Shown here in pieces: positions 1 to 8,368 of a DNA stretch of 41,714 bases. Every line of letters begins with the position of its first letter. The first letter of the stretch is position 1. This DNA comes from Archangium sp. (GTDB taxonomy: Bacteria; Myxococcota; Myxococcia; Myxococcales; Myxococcaceae), in the NCBI GenBank assembly GCA_031367385.1, contig JANLPS010000503.1, positions 1 through 41,714 of the forward strand, given 5' to 3'. The notes under the pieces were generated by a model. It saw only the letters and a list, made by a program, of their open reading frames with translations. It did not search any database and was not told the DNA's origin. Position numbers and translations under genes: made by a program.

Positions 1-576
1 CTCGTCGATTTTCGACGCGGCGACCTCGAACTGCGGCTTGACCAGCGCAATCAACACGCCGCCGCCCTTCAGCTTCGGCAGCACGGCGGGCAACACCACC
101 GTCAACGAGATGAAGCTCACGTCGATCACGATCACGTCGACCGGCTCGGGCAGGTCTTCATCGCTCAAACTGCGAGCATTGACCCGTTCATGCGAAATCA
201 CCCGTGGGTCGACGCGCAGCTTCTCGTGCAGCAACCCGTACCCGACGTCGATCGCATGCACCCGCACCGCACCTGACTGCAGCAGGCAATCGGTGAAGCC
301 GCCGGTGCTCGCGCCGATGTCAGCGCACACCGCCCCCGTCACCGCGAGTGAGAACGCCTCGAGCGCAGCCTTGAGCTTGAGCCCCCCGCGCGAGACGTAC
401 GGCATCACCTCGCCCTTGAGCCGCAGCTCGGCCTCACCCGACACCTGGGTGCCTGGCTTGTCGACCCGTTGGTCGTCGACGATCACCAGGCCCGCGAGAA
501 TCAGCGACTGCGCCCGGGCCGTGCTCTCGGCCAGGCCGCGCTCGACCACCAGCACGTCGAGCCGCTTCTTCTTCAC
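1..576 (-). CDS. tlyA: TlyA family rRNA 2'-O-methyltransferase (S4 + FtsJ-like MTase), 3' end runs off the window
   Basis: Not in the ORF track. My translation from GTG at 576 (GTGA overlap with the dxs stop): MKKKRLDVLVVERGLAESTARAQSLILAG...YVSRGGLKL...DIGASTGGFTDCLLQ...DVSFISL. These are hallmark TlyA motifs in the usual dxs-tlyA order. Confidence 0.95.
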   Translation of the reverse strand, partial: MKKKRLDVLVVERGLAESTARAQSLILAGLVIVDDQRVDKPGTQVSGEAELRLKGEVMPYVSRGGLKLKAALEAFSLAVTGAVCADIGASTGGFTDCLLQSGAVRVHAIDVGYGLLHEKLRVDPRVISHERVNARSLSDEDLPEPVDVIVIDVSFISLTVVLPAVLPKLKGGGVLIALVKPQFEVAASKIDE

Positions 577-2306
577 CGCGCCAGCACCTCATGCGCCGCG
601 CGGGTCAGCCCGGCCACGTCGAGCCCCAGCTCCGCGCGTTGAACCCGAGCGTCGCCATGCCGCACGAAGTGGTCTGCAGGCAGCGCCACCACCTTCACCC
701 GCGGCGTCAACTTCAGTCGAGCCAGCGCCTCGAGCACCGCCGCGCCGAGCCCACCCCGCTCACTGCCTTCTTCAACCGTGACGATGGCACCACTTCGGCC
801 TGCTTCAGCCACCGCCACCTCATCGAGCGGCGCCACGAACCTCGCGTCGAGCACCGACCACGTCGGGTTCGACTCCGCCGCGCTCAACGCCGCCAGCGCG
901 AGGGGCCCCAAGGCGATGAAGGTCAGCTGCGCACCAGGCGCCCGCTTGAGCCACCGGGCCGACGTGCCCGTCACGTGAGGTACGCCCGCGGGTCGCACCG
1001 GCAACGTCCCCCGGGGGAAACGCAGGGCCAGCGGAGTGCCCGAGTCGAGCCCATGCGCGAGCAACCCGTCGAGATCTTCGCCGAACGTCGCCCCCGCCAC
1101 TTCGAGGTTCGGCACCGTGCGCAGCGAAGCGACATCGAAGATGCCCTGATGCGTGGCTCCATCGGCACCGACCAGCCCCGCGCGATCGATCGCGATGATC
1201 ACTGGCAGCTTCGGCAACGCCACGTCGTGAATGACCTGGTCATAGGCCCGCTGCAAAAAAGTCGAATAGATGCACACCACTGGCCGAAGCCCCGCGTGCG
1301 CCAGCCCCGCCGCGAACGTCACCGCATGCTGCTCGGCGATGCCCACGTCGTACACCCGGTCTGAAAATCGCGCCTTCAGCCCCGTCAGCGACGAGCCCTC
1401 GAGCATCGCCGGAGTCACCACCACCACGCGCGAATCGACCGCCATTCGCCGCTCGAGCGCTGCCGCCCAGGCATCGCTGAAGGTCAGCTGCCCACCGCGG
1501 GAGCGCACGAGCTTGCCGTCGCGCAGCTCGTAGGGCCCCATCGCGTGCCCACGGGTCTGCAGGTCGGCCTCGGCGTGCTCGAAGCCATGCCCCTTCTTGG
1601 TCATCACCTGCACGACCGCCGGTTTGCCGCACGCCTGCAGCTCGCGCAGCGCCAGCTCGAGCTTCGGCAAGTCGTGCCCGTCGACCGGCCCCAAGAACAC
1701 GAAGCCCAGCGACTCGAAGAACGGCCGCGCACCCTGCCGCAGCATCGCGGGCATCGCTCCAACGTTCGCCGAGATGCTCATGCCGTTGTCGTTGACCACG
1801 ATCTTCAGCGGCATCTGCGAATGGCCAGCGTTGTTGAGCCCTTCGAAGCTCAGGCCACCGGTGAGCGCTCCATCGCCGACGATGGCCACCACCTGCCCCG
1901 GCTGATGCTGGTGCCGCTTGCCCTCGAGAATGCCCAGCGCGACCGAGATGGCCGTGCACGCGTGGCCCGCTCCGAAGGCGTCGTGCTCGCTCTCGGCCGG
2001 GTCTAAAAACGGAGCAATCCCCTGTGCTTGCCGCAGCGTCCCCATCCGCTCCCGGCGCCCGGTGAGCAGCTTGTGCGCGTAGGTTTGGTGCCCCACGTCC
2101 CACACCAGGCGGTCGACGGGAGACTTGAAGACCCGGTGCAGCGCCACGGTGAGCTCGACGGTGCCGAGCGAGGCGCCGAGGTGGCCTCCGACCTTGCCGC
2201 AGATGCGAATGATCTCTTCGCGCAATTCTTCGCACAGAGCCGGCAGCTCGCTTGGAGCGAGCGCACGCAAGGCTTTGGGCGAGTCGACGCGCGACAGCAG
2301 AGTCAA
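573..2306 (-). CDS. dxs: 1-deoxy-D-xylulose-5-phosphate synthase
   Basis: GGHLGASLG, WDVGHQTYAHK, TPP motif GDGALTGG..EGLNN..NDN, GPVDGHD, DVGIAEQHAV, YSTFLQRAYDQ, DRAGLVGADGATH. Confidence 0.97.
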   Translation of the reverse strand: MTLLSRVDSPKALRALAPSELPALCEELREEIIRICGKVGGHLGASLGTVELTVALHRVFKSPVDRLVWDVGHQTYAHKLLTGRRERMGTLRQAQGIAPFLDPAESEHDAFGAGHACTAISVALGILEGKRHQHQPGQVVAIVGDGALTGGLSFEGLNNAGHSQMPLKIVVNDNGMSISANVGAMPAMLRQGARPFFESLGFVFLGPVDGHDLPKLELALRELQACGKPAVVQVMTKKGHGFEHAEADLQTRGHAMGPYELRDGKLVRSRGGQLTFSDAWAAALERRMAVDSRVVVVTPAMLEGSSLTGLKARFSDRVYDVGIAEQHAVTFAAGLAHAGLRPVVCIYSTFLQRAYDQVIHDVALPKLPVIIAIDRAGLVGADGATHQGIFDVASLRTVPNLEVAGATFGEDLDGLLAHGLDSGTPLALRFPRGTLPVRPAGVPHVTGTSARWLKRAPGAQLTFIALGPLALAALSAAESNPTWSVLDARFVAPLDEVAVAEAGRSGAIVTVEEGSERGGLGAAVLEALARLKLTPRVKVVALPADHFVRHGDARVQRAELGLDVAGLTRAAHEVLAR

Positions 2307-3202
2307 CTCGAGCGCTCCACCGAGTAGGCGGCCAACGCGGCGAGCGGCCCGTCAGCGCCATCGAACGAGGCAACGGCCTGCTGCGCGCGGCGAACGTATT
2401 CCCACGCCATCGTCTTCGAGGCCTCGAGCCCGACCACCGAGGGGAAGGTGTGACGGCCCGCCGCCGCATCGGCGCCCGTGGGCTTGCCCATCGTCTCGGC
2501 CGAGGCAGTCACGTCGAGCAGGTCATCGGCGATTTGAAACGCCAGGCCCACGGAGTCACCGAACACCGTCGCCGCTTCAATCGCCTGCGCCTCGCCGCCT
2601 CCTGCAATCGCACCCATGCGGCATGCGGCGGTGATCAACGCGCCGGTCTTGCCCCGGTGCAGCTTGAGCAGATACTCGAGCTCGGCCGGTCGATCTTCGG
2701 CGATGTCGAGCACTTGCCCGCCCACCATGCCGCCGGCTCCGGCCGCGCGCGCGAGCTCAGCCACCAACCGGCCACGCAGGGCCTGCTCTTTCTGCGCCCC
2801 CGTCGCCAGCATGGTGAACGCGTCGGTCAACAGCGCATCACCCGCCAGAATCGCCATCGCCTCGCCGAACGCCTTGTGGTTGGTCGGGCGGCCGCGGCGC
2901 AGATCGTCGTCGTCCATCGCGGGCAGATCGTCGTGCACCAGCGAATAGGTATGAATGCACTCGAGCGCACACGCCGCGTCATCGGCCGGAGCGCCTCCGC
3001 CATTCGACGCGCGCGACACCGCATCGGCGAACGCCAGGCACAGCACCGGCCGCAGCCGCTTGCCACCATCGAGCAGCGAATACTTCATCGCCTCGGCCAA
3101 CCGCGCCGGCGCACGTCGGGCCACTTCACTCATTCGCGAGGCCAGCAGCGCCTCGACGCGGGTCTGCTGCGAGCCCAACCACGGTTTCAAATCAAAAGGC
3201 AC
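2303..3202 (-). CDS. ispA: Polyprenyl (farnesyl/geranylgeranyl) diphosphate synthase
   Basis: GGKRLRP, first Asp-rich motif HDDLPAMDDDDLRRGRPT, KTGAL, second motif FQIADDLLD; xseB-ispA-dxs synteny. Confidence 0.95.
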   Translation of the reverse strand: MPFDLKPWLGSQQTRVEALLASRMSEVARRAPARLAEAMKYSLLDGGKRLRPVLCLAFADAVSRASNGGGAPADDAACALECIHTYSLVHDDLPAMDDDDLRRGRPTNHKAFGEAMAILAGDALLTDAFTMLATGAQKEQALRGRLVAELARAAGAGGMVGGQVLDIAEDRPAELEYLLKLHRGKTGALITAACRMGAIAGGGEAQAIEAATVFGDSVGLAFQIADDLLDVTASAETMGKPTGADAAAGRHTFPSVVGLEASKTMAWEYVRRAQQAVASFDGADGPLAALAAYSVERSS

Positions 3203-3219
3203 GTGCGTTCACCCTCATT

Positions 3220-3570
3220 TCAAAACGGCACATCATCGTCATCAGCCGGCGGCGCGGCGCTCTTTCGCACCGCAGGAGTCGCCAGCGGGGTCGCCATCGC
3301 CGGCCGCTGCGCCTGGGGCTGCGATGGCACATCGGGCGTCTCGGGCACCTTGAGCGGCGCGGTTCGCCCCTCTTCGCTCAGCAGCTGTTCGATGCGCTTT
3401 TCGGCGTCGTTGAGCAGCTTCTCGCCTTGTTTCACCAGCCCGACGCCCTCACCGAAGCGTTCGAGCGATTCTTCGAGTGACAGCTCGCCCGCCTCGAGGG
3501 CCTCGACGATTTGCTGCAGCCGCGTCACCACGTCGCCGTACTGCCCTGAGCTCGGTTTGTCTTTCGCCAC
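3220..3570 (-). CDS. xseB: Exodeoxyribonuclease VII small subunit with Pro/Ala-rich tail
   Basis: LQQIVEALEAGELSLEESLERFGEGVGL...LNDAEKRIEQL motif; directly upstream of ispA. Confidence 0.93.
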   Translation of the reverse strand: MAKDKPSSGQYGDVVTRLQQIVEALEAGELSLEESLERFGEGVGLVKQGEKLLNDAEKRIEQLLSEEGRTAPLKVPETPDVPSQPQAQRPAMATPLATPAVRKSAAPPADDDDVPF

Positions 3571-3615
3571 GCGCCCTCTATACCGAATTGCCGCTCCGGG
3601 AGCAGGGTCAGTAGA

Positions 3616-6090
3616 GTGCCCCTCGTGAAATTCTCGGCCTGGCTGCTGATGGCGTTAGCGACGTGGGGCAGCGCGTGCACGTGCACCGGCCAGGTCGGGC
3701 CTGGTGGCACCGACGCGGGAGCCCCCGGTGACGCAGGCGACCCCATCATCGACGCCGGGCCCCAGGTGCCGACGTGCGGCCTCACGGTGCTGACTCAACC
3801 GAGCGCACCGACCCTCACTGCGTCGAACGTCACCTCGTACGAAGTGACTCTGACCTGGCAGGGCCCGGCCGAGGCAACTCAGTATCGGGTCATGCGCGGC
3901 GCAGCCCAGGTCGCGCTGGTCACCGCTCCCACGTTCACCCACCGCCCCGCCGTGCCAGGAGAAATCTGGACCTACCGGGTCACCGCGCTCAAAGACGACG
4001 GCGCCGAGAGCGCCCCCTCGAACGAGGTGAGCGTCACCATTCCTGCTGAGACGGCTGGGCCGTTGCAGTCACTTCAACCCGGGCACTGGTACGAGATACC
4101 CAATTCGCATTTGCGCGGGTCGAAGGCCGCCCTCACCTCGGCCGACTATGCGTGGCTCGGCCAGGGCGAAGGGCTGTCGGGCATCATGAACGACTGGTCG
4201 AGCGGCGCGTTCGATACCCAGCGCGACCGCCTCTACGTGAGCGGAGGCGGGCACAACGGCTACTTCGGCAACGAAGTGTACGGCTTCGACCTGCGAACGC
4301 TGGCCTGGGTGCGCTTGACCGAACCCAACCCGGTGACGGGTGAATGCCCCGCCCCCGAGCTTGGCGTCAATTGCGCCACGCATACCTACGACGGCCTCGA
4401 GTACCTCCCGCTGCCCTTCGACCGCTTCATGGCCGTGGGGTGGGACGGGTGGACGCAGAACACCCTCAACCTCGACACCAACCGGTGGAGCGCCTACCCC
4501 GACAAGCCCCAAAAGGGCTCTCGCACCGGAGCCAACTGCGCGTACGACGTCGCCACGCGTTCGCTCTGGTACCACGCCGGCGGCGGAGCGCTCTCTGCGT
4601 GGGACCCCACCACCGGCCTGTGGTCGTTGCGCGGCGGTGTCGACAACGCGGGCTACTACCGAACGGGGCTCATCGACCCCAAACGCAAGCGCTACATCGG
4701 CCTGGGGAATGGCGGCACCGAGACCTGGTCTATCGATGCGCTCGGCAAATTCGTACCCATGTACGTGCACCTCGCGACCACGGGAGACACCGACATCGAG
4801 GCCGCGGGCAACCCCGGCGCCGAATACGACCCGGTCACCGATCAGCTCGTCGCGTGGAAGGGCGGCGGCGACATCTACACCCTCGACCTCACCACCAACG
4901 TGTGGACCAAGCGCGCCGCAGTCGGCGCAGTCACCGCCGGGCCTCCAAATGGCACCGGTACCTACGGCCGCTTTCGCTACGTGCCGAGCATGAACCTCTT
5001 CGTCGAGGTCAGCGGAGTCGATGAGAACGTCTTCGTCTACCGCCTCGATTCGACCCCGCCCAAGAACCCCAAGCGGCTCGAGGTGGCCAGCGCCAAGTCG
5101 CGGCTCGAGGCAAACCTGAGCACCACGCTCTCGGCGAAGGTCGTCTCCCGCGACGACACCGCGACCGACGTCACCACCGGTACGGTCTTCAGCTCGCTCG
5201 ACCCGGCAATCGCCACCGTTGACGCGGCCGGCACCGTGCACGCGCTCACACCCGGTCACGCGAGGCTGCAGGCCAGCTACACCGACTCGATGACCCGCAT
5301 CGGGGTCGTCGGGGGCCTCGAGCTGGAGGTCGTCGGGCTCTCCGGAGCGCTCGTGCTCGATTCGCTCAGCATCGAGCCCGCTCAGACCCAGCTCGCCGTG
5401 GTGGGGGCTGCCCGGCCCCTCACCGTGGCCGGTCGGTACCACCGCGACGGCGACGTCTTCACCCGCGACGTGAGCTGCTTGGTGACCTTGACCTCAGATC
5501 TGCCGGTGATTGCCTCGATTTCTGGCGTGACATTGAGCGCGGTCGCCGCCGGCTCGACGACCGTTCACGCCACGCTGGGAGCCGTCACCACTTCGGCTTC
5601 GCTCACCGTCGTCGGCGACGCGCGCAGCACGTTGAAAACGTTGAACTTTCAGCCGCCGGGCCCGGCGAGAGTGACCGGCTGGGCGGTGGCCGATGACTCG
5701 GGGTTCGACGCAGCCCGGGGCTGGGGCTGGCTGACCGTGCCAGACGCCGCGACTCGAGAAGATCGCGACGGCAAGAATGACCCTCGCCTCGCCAGCTTCG
5801 TGCAGACCTCGAATGGCACCTTTCGCCTGCAGGTACCCGATGGCCGATACCACCTGGCCGCCTCGATGGGTGACAACGCCTTTGGCGGAGGCCTCGCGTC
5901 GCTCGACGTGAAGACCGTGTCGATCGTCGCCCACATCGGCACCGGCAACACCGCCGGGCAAGCCATCGTCGACGTGACCGGAGGCACGGGGCTGGTGCTC
6001 ACCGTCGTCGGGCCCATCAACTGGCTCGCGGTGATGCCGGTCAACGGCCTGAGCTTCGACTCGGTGCTTGCCAGCGCCAAGACCTGGTGA
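3616..6090 (+). CDS. Large secreted lipoprotein: FN3 + kelch-like beta-propeller + two Ig-like (Big_2-like) + C-terminal beta-sandwich
   Basis: Lipobox-like GSA|C, DAG-rich linker, FN3 pattern (VTLTW..YRV..YRVTA..ES.PSN), GGGHNGYFGNEVYGFDL and repeated xDxxTxxW blades, Big_2-like FSSLDPAIATVDAAGTVHA. Confidence 0.75.
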   Translation: MPLVKFSAWLLMALATWGSACTCTGQVGPGGTDAGAPGDAGDPIIDAGPQVPTCGLTVLTQPSAPTLTASNVTSYEVTLTWQGPAEATQYRVMRGAAQVALVTAPTFTHRPAVPGEIWTYRVTALKDDGAESAPSNEVSVTIPAETAGPLQSLQPGHWYEIPNSHLRGSKAALTSADYAWLGQGEGLSGIMNDWSSGAFDTQRDRLYVSGGGHNGYFGNEVYGFDLRTLAWVRLTEPNPVTGECPAPELGVNCATHTYDGLEYLPLPFDRFMAVGWDGWTQNTLNLDTNRWSAYPDKPQKGSRTGANCAYDVATRSLWYHAGGGALSAWDPTTGLWSLRGGVDNAGYYRTGLIDPKRKRYIGLGNGGTETWSIDALGKFVPMYVHLATTGDTDIEAAGNPGAEYDPVTDQLVAWKGGGDIYTLDLTTNVWTKRAAVGAVTAGPPNGTGTYGRFRYVPSMNLFVEVSGVDENVFVYRLDSTPPKNPKRLEVASAKSRLEANLSTTLSAKVVSRDDTATDVTTGTVFSSLDPAIATVDAAGTVHALTPGHARLQASYTDSMTRIGVVGGLELEVVGLSGALVLDSLSIEPAQTQLAVVGAARPLTVAGRYHRDGDVFTRDVSCLVTLTSDLPVIASISGVTLSAVAAGSTTVHATLGAVTTSASLTVVGDARSTLKTLNFQPPGPARVTGWAVADDSGFDAARGWGWLTVPDAATREDRDGKNDPRLASFVQTSNGTFRLQVPDGRYHLAASMGDNAFGGGLASLDVKTVSIVAHIGTGNTAGQAIVDVTGGTGLVLTVVGPINWLAVMPVNGLSFDSVLASAKTW

Positions 6091-7406
6091 CGGCGCGTCT
6101 CGCCAGACTCTGGCCTGTGTGGCTCGCGGTCGCGATTCGCATGGTGATCTGGGCCCTTCTCCCCGAGGCCCGGTTCGCCTCTGACGAAGGCAGCTACGTC
6201 GGCGCGGCCCGTCAGCTCGTCGAGCATTGTCAGCAAGACGTGTTCTGGCCACCGCTGACCGGGTGGCTCATCGCCGCGGTGCGGTGGCTGTTCGGGCCGT
6301 CGCACGCGATAGCGCGTGGGGTCTGGGTCGCCCTCGACGTCGGTACCCTCGTGGTGCTTCGGCTGCTGGCGGCGCGGGTCGGCGCCGTCGTCTGGCCGAG
6401 CGGGCCCGTACAGGCATCGCGCTTCACGATGCTCGTGAGCGTGGGCTACGCGCTGTATCTCCCCGCGATTTCGCACGCACAATTCACGACCTCGGAGACG
6501 CCCGCGCTGTTGCTGCTGTTGCTGGCATTGCTGGCCCTCACCAGTCGACGGTCAGTGGCGCTTCGACACGCCGGGGTTGGCGTTCTGCTGGGCGCGCTGG
6601 TGCTGGCCCGGCCCAACCTGGCGCCGCTGGGAGTCGTGCTGCCACTCGCGGCTCGAGCTCGGTGGTCGCACGCACTGCTGAGCATCGCCATCTCGTGTCT
6701 GATCGTTGCCCCGGTGATGATGAACACCTGGGCCACCTCGGGCGTGCTCGAGGTCGCGAACAGCGCTTCGTACAACCTCTGGCTCGGCAACCGGCCAATG
6801 TATGCCGAAGACCTCGATCTGTTTCGCCCCGCCGCCACTCAAGAACAAATCGATATTCGCCGCGCCGGCTGGAGCGCCCAGCCCCCGCCGTCGGCCCTCG
6901 AGCAGCGACGTCAGGCGCTGGAGTGGATCAGCGCGAACCCGGCCACGTTTGCCCGTCGGGTTACTGGGCGTCTGGCCCGCGTCTTCGTCCCCAAGACCGA
7001 TGTGCTCGAGCTGGTCGGAGGTGAGCGACGCGCTGGCATTTTCGCTCCGGGCCCGCTGGGGCTCCTGCTGACCGCGAATGCCGAGTGGTCGGTGATGCTC
7101 TTCGCAGGCCTCGCCGGGCTCTTCGTCTTTCGCCACCGGGCTCCGGGCGTGGGGTTGCTCTTCGCCAGCACCATCGTCGCAGCGACCGTGCTCTGCCTGG
7201 TCGCCATTTCCAAGCCTCGGTACTCGTTCGTCTTCGAGCCGCTGCTGTTGATGGGCGCTGCGCTGGTGCTCGAGTCGCCACGAGCGCAGCTGGGCGTGCT
7301 GAACCCCCGTGATCGCATCGCGCTCGGGGCCACCGCCGCATTTCTCGCCTGGGGTTGGCTGGCTTGGCTCGTCTTCGCGTTCTCGTCGCGGCTGGCGGCG
7401 CCTTAG
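6087..7406 (+). CDS. Multi-pass membrane protein, probable GT-C fold glycosyltransferase (ArnT/PMT-like)
   Basis: SDE after TM1, WPPL, TSETPA, LARP, ISKPRY motifs; about 10 hydrophobic segments; GTGA overlap with the upstream gene. Confidence 0.7.
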   Translation: MTARLARLWPVWLAVAIRMVIWALLPEARFASDEGSYVGAARQLVEHCQQDVFWPPLTGWLIAAVRWLFGPSHAIARGVWVALDVGTLVVLRLLAARVGAVVWPSGPVQASRFTMLVSVGYALYLPAISHAQFTTSETPALLLLLLALLALTSRRSVALRHAGVGVLLGALVLARPNLAPLGVVLPLAARARWSHALLSIAISCLIVAPVMMNTWATSGVLEVANSASYNLWLGNRPMYAEDLDLFRPAATQEQIDIRRAGWSAQPPPSALEQRRQALEWISANPATFARRVTGRLARVFVPKTDVLELVGGERRAGIFAPGPLGLLLTANAEWSVMLFAGLAGLFVFRHRAPGVGLLFASTIVAATVLCLVAISKPRYSFVFEPLLLMGAALVLESPRAQLGVLNPRDRIALGATAAFLAWGWLAWLVFAFSSRLAAP

Positions 7407-8254
7407 GGCCGAATCGCGAGCACGGCGCGCGTGCCACCAGGGGCCGTCGCGGTCATGCCGTCGATCAAGCTCTGCACTTCTCCGGGGCCCATCGAGCCGA
7501 GCTCTTTGGCGTAGGGCAGCCGACTGAAGGCCCACATGATCGACGCGACCATGGTGACGGGCAGCCGACTCACCAACGCCACGACCATCGGCGTGACGGC
7601 GTGCCCCATTTGCCGAACCACATCGAACGCTTCGCGGAGCGCCCGAGCGTGACGTGCGGCCTCGGCCCAGGTGATGCCCGCGCGACGTGTGAAGGCCAGA
7701 TAACTGAGCGCCATCAAAGGAATCACGAAGGCCGCGTGGCTGCGCAGAAAGGCCTCCATGTCGGGCTCGACCACGGTGGGAAAACCCGCTGTGCGAAAGA
7801 CGGCGGCCCACTGCTCGCTGCTCACGAACGTGCTCTGCCCGGGAGTGCCCACCGTGCTCTTCAACTTGCCGTCGATGAAGATCGCCGTGAACGTCGGAAA
7901 CCCGAAGGCAAAGCGCGTGGCGCCAACGGTGTCTCGAAGCCGGTCGAGCTTCTCGAACGTGTTGAACATGAACATCACGTGCTTGGCAGGGCTGGCCTTG
8001 ATCGCTGGCAGCAGGGCGTCGGCCTGGTGGGCGAGCACCGTCACCAGCACCAGATCGTAGGCAGTCGTCGCGTCGAGCCCAGCGGTGGCCTTCACCGGTG
8101 CACGGTCGCCGTTGATCGCGACAATCGCACCGTCGCGCTGCAGCGCCTCGAGTCGAGAACCACGGGCGATCAGCGTGACCTCGTGGCCACCGCGCGCGAA
8201 ATAGAAAGCAAACGTGCTGCCAATTCGCCCAGCCCCGATGATCGCGATGTTCAT
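7403..8254 (-). CDS. Ketopantoate reductase (PanE/ApbA)-family NAD(P)-dependent oxidoreductase, divergent C-terminus
   Basis: N-terminal Rossmann IAIIGAGRIG, HEVTLIARG, YDLVLVTV; the canonical C-terminal WxK is not evident. Confidence 0.75.
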   Translation of the reverse strand: MNIAIIGAGRIGSTFAFYFARGGHEVTLIARGSRLEALQRDGAIVAINGDRAPVKATAGLDATTAYDLVLVTVLAHQADALLPAIKASPAKHVMFMFNTFEKLDRLRDTVGATRFAFGFPTFTAIFIDGKLKSTVGTPGQSTFVSSEQWAAVFRTAGFPTVVEPDMEAFLRSHAAFVIPLMALSYLAFTRRAGITWAEAARHARALREAFDVVRQMGHAVTPMVVALVSRLPVTMVASIMWAFSRLPYAKELGSMGPGEVQSLIDGMTATAPGGTRAVLAIRP

Positions 8255-8300
8255 GAACGGCGCTCATCTTTCATGAATCGCTGAACGATGCACCGGCGAA

Positions 8301-8365
8301 CTCGAAGACCTCCGTTCGTCCAGGAGGCGGGCTCGAACCCCGTTCGTCCTGAGCGAAGACAGGAC
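8301..8365. repeat. Imperfect direct repeat (CTCGAA..CCGTTCGTCC x2) followed by a GTCCTG/CAGGAC hairpin; REP-like
   Basis: CCGTTCGTCC at 8312 and 8340; stem 8346-8351 pairs with 8360-8365. Confidence 0.4.
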
Positions 8366-8368
8366 CCG

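Noticed and set aside
8322..8345. tRNA 3' fragment / att site (minus strand GGTTCGAGCCC resembles a T-loop)
   Set aside because: No 5-bp T-stem, acceptor stem or CCA, and no integrase nearby
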